A DNA stretch of 64,000 nt from Candidatus Lambdaproteobacteria bacterium (GTDB lineage Bacteria; SAR324; JACQKK01): contig JACQKK010000010.1 in NCBI GenBank assembly GCA_016204605.1, forward strand, positions 77,549 to 141,548, in the 5' to 3' direction. The notes beneath the pieces are model-generated. The model had not been told where the DNA came from. It was given only the letters and a program-made list of their open reading frames with translations, and made no database searches. Within the stretch, counting starts at the first letter, position 1; each line of letters begins with the position of its first letter. Of the stretch, positions 62,404-64,000 are shown piece by piece. A program made the translations under genes and the position numbers.

Positions 62404-63291
62404 ATGCCCGATTTCTACAAGTACCACGGTCTCGGGAACGACTACCTGGTGCTGGAGCCGGCCCGGTTCGAGGGCCCGCCCACGCCCGAGGCCATCCGCC
62501 TGATCTGCGACCGCAACCGGGGGCTGGGCTCCGACGGCATCCTGTGGGGGCCGGCGCCGCTCAAGGCCAAGCAGCGCGCCGCCGCCACGCCGGGGGTGCG
62601 CATCTACAACCCGGACGGCAGCGAGGGCGAGAAGAGCGGGAACGGCCTGCGCATCTTCGCGCGCCACCTCTGGGCGCGACGGCTGGTGGAGTCGCCCGCC
62701 TTCGCCATCGACACGATCGGCGGCCGGGTGCAGGCGCGGGTGCTCGATCGCACGGGCGGGCGCATCCGCATCGGGATGGGCCGCGTGCGCTTCGAGAGTG
62801 CGGCCATCCCCTGGAGCGGCCCGCCCAGGGAGGCGCTCGGCAAGCGGCTGAACCTGGGCGGCGAGACGTTGATTCTCAACGGCGCCACCCTCGGCAACCC
62901 GCACTGCGTGGTGTTCGTCGAGGAGCCGAGCGAGGCCCTGGCGCGGCGGCTGGGGCCGCTGCTGGAGACCCACCCGCTCTTCCCCAACCGCACCAACGTG
63001 CAGTTCGCGCAGGCGCTCGATCCGCACCGGCTGAAGATCGAGATCTGGGAGCGCGGCGCGGGCCACACGCTGGCCTCGGGGTCGAGCAGTTGCGCCGCGG
63101 CGGCGGTCGCGTGCCGGCTCGGCCTCTGCCGCTCGCCGGTGACGGTCGAGATGCCGGGCGGCGCGCTGCGCATCGAGATCGATCGGGCCTACCACGTCGC
63201 GATGGAAGGCGAGGTGCAGGCGGTCGGCAACGGCCGCTTCGCGGCGGAGTTCTTGCGCGCGCTGGGCCTGCGGCGTGCGCGCCGCGGCTGA
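62404..63291 (+). CDS. dapF: Diaminopimelate epimerase
   Basis: FYKYHGLGNDYLVL, NPDGSEGEKSGNG, GNPHCVVFV and SGSSSCAAA are all DapF hallmarks. Confidence 0.9.
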   Translation: MPDFYKYHGLGNDYLVLEPARFEGPPTPEAIRLICDRNRGLGSDGILWGPAPLKAKQRAAATPGVRIYNPDGSEGEKSGNGLRIFARHLWARRLVESPAFAIDTIGGRVQARVLDRTGGRIRIGMGRVRFESAAIPWSGPPREALGKRLNLGGETLILNGATLGNPHCVVFVEEPSEALARRLGPLLETHPLFPNRTNVQFAQALDPHRLKIEIWERGAGHTLASGSSSCAAAAVACRLGLCRSPVTVEMPGGALRIEIDRAYHVAMEGEVQAVGNGRFAAEFLRALGLRRARRG

Positions 63292-63569
63292 CGCCAGCGC
63301 GGGAAGGGGTGGCCGAAGGCCGGGGTGGGGTGCCCGGGCAACGGCCGCCGCGGCTCGCAGGTGATCGAGGCCGCGACTCGCTCCGGCATGCTGCTCGGGC
63401 GACTTCGCACGGCACCATGGGGCTGTTGTCGCCGGCGAGCGGCGCGAGGATGCGGACGTCCTTGCGCTCGCCGTGGCTCCCCGCGGGCCCGCCATTGCCA
63501 GGGCGAGCGCCTTCGGGTAAGGGTGCGCGTACCAGGGGTGAACGCGCACCGCACCATCGGGATGGAGCC

Positions 63570-64000
63570 ATGGAAATCGAACGGGGCCTCGTCAGGACCT
63601 CCGCCGGGTACATCCACTACCGGGCGGCGGGGGCCGGCAAGCCGATCCTGCTCATGCACGCCAACCAGCGCTCGTCGGCGCTGCATCTCGAGGCGCTCGA
63701 GGTGCTGGGCCGGCAGGTGCGGGCGATCTCGATGGATCACCCCAGCCATGGCATGTCGGATCACCTGGCGCAGCAGCCGACCATTGCCGACTATGCCCGC
63801 TACGCCTCCGAGGTGCTGGACGCCCTGGCCATCGGGAAGGCGACCGTCCTCGGCGAATCGGCCAGCGCCGCCATCGCGGTCGAGTTCGCCAACACCTTCC
63901 CCGCCCGCACCGAGGGCATCGTGATGGTGAACTGCCCCTTCTGGCAGAAGCGCGAAACGGAGGGCCACAACCAGGTGCTGCAGAAGATGCGCGGCCAGCG
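63570..64000 (+). CDS. Alpha/beta-hydrolase fold protein, 3'-truncated by the window edge
   Basis: From the ATG at 63570 the product reads MEIERGLVRTSAGYIHYRAAGAGKPILLMHAN...VLGESASAAIAVEF (GxSxG nucleophile elbow). The frame is open to the window end and is absent from the ORF track for that reason. Confidence 0.5.
   Translation, partial: MEIERGLVRTSAGYIHYRAAGAGKPILLMHANQRSSALHLEALEVLGRQVRAISMDHPSHGMSDHLAQQPTIADYARYASEVLDALAIGKATVLGESASAAIAVEFANTFPARTEGIVMVNCPFWQKRETEGHNQVLQKMRGQ

Noticed and set aside
63189-63968. 259-aa minus-strand ORF at the window end
   Set aside because: It is opposite the dapF 3' end and the plus-strand alpha/beta-hydrolase gene, which has a GxSxG motif. The minus-strand ORF is low-complexity.

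Overview
This is a ~70% GC chromosomal window from a diderm bacterium, inferred from lptD, lpxA, an Omp85-like outer-membrane protein and SLH/TPR lipoproteins. It also carries coenzyme F420 biosynthesis genes (cofE, cofG) and a tungsten-type aldehyde:ferredoxin oxidoreductase. The backbone is ordinary housekeeping. It includes a split class-I fumarase with succinate dehydrogenase/fumarate reductase membrane anchors and flavoprotein, an F1Fo ATP synthase b'-b-delta-alpha-gamma-beta operon with no epsilon/a/c genes, and apt, nadD-rlmH, argJ, lpxA, miaA, proB. It also includes two SDR paralogs, a polyprenyl synthase, rodA, lptD, hslO, truA, trxA, murD, dapF, and c-di-GMP components (PilZ, REC-GGDEF, HD-GYP). 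Coding density is high and GC is uniform, so the conspicuously lower-GC insertions stand out. They are: (1) a ~670 bp AT-rich insert encoding a multi-TM protein wedged between sdhD and sdhA; (2) a downstream-of-argJ array of two toxin-antitoxin modules (hicBA and DUF433/DUF5615) plus an HNH endonuclease, each unit punctuated by a ~85-100 bp direct repeat, which looks integron- or cassette-like; (3) a ~3 kb low-GC island between hslO and truA with two unknown proteins and a ComEC-like metallo-beta-lactamase-fold protein, a candidate novel defence or mobile module; (4) a low-GC stand-alone dCTP deaminase-family gene translationally coupled to a small unknown ORF immediately upstream of cofE; (5) a low-GC COG1373/DUF4143 AAA+ ATPase inserted between cofE and cofG; and (6) a decayed islet with a low-GC orphan gene, a recombinase-like remnant and an orphan 3' fragment of priA. 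Other notable points are a family of composite palindromic REP-like elements (CCTCACCC ... CCCTCTCC-loop-GGAGAGGG ... GGGTGAGG) flanking the aor-moaD-proB block, a 15-bp x6 tandem repeat upstream of lpxA, and a 955-aa outer-membrane protein whose N-terminal region resembles a catalytically dead M1 aminopeptidase fused to an Omp85-like barrel. Many long opposite-strand ORFs in the six-frame track are GC-driven artefacts.
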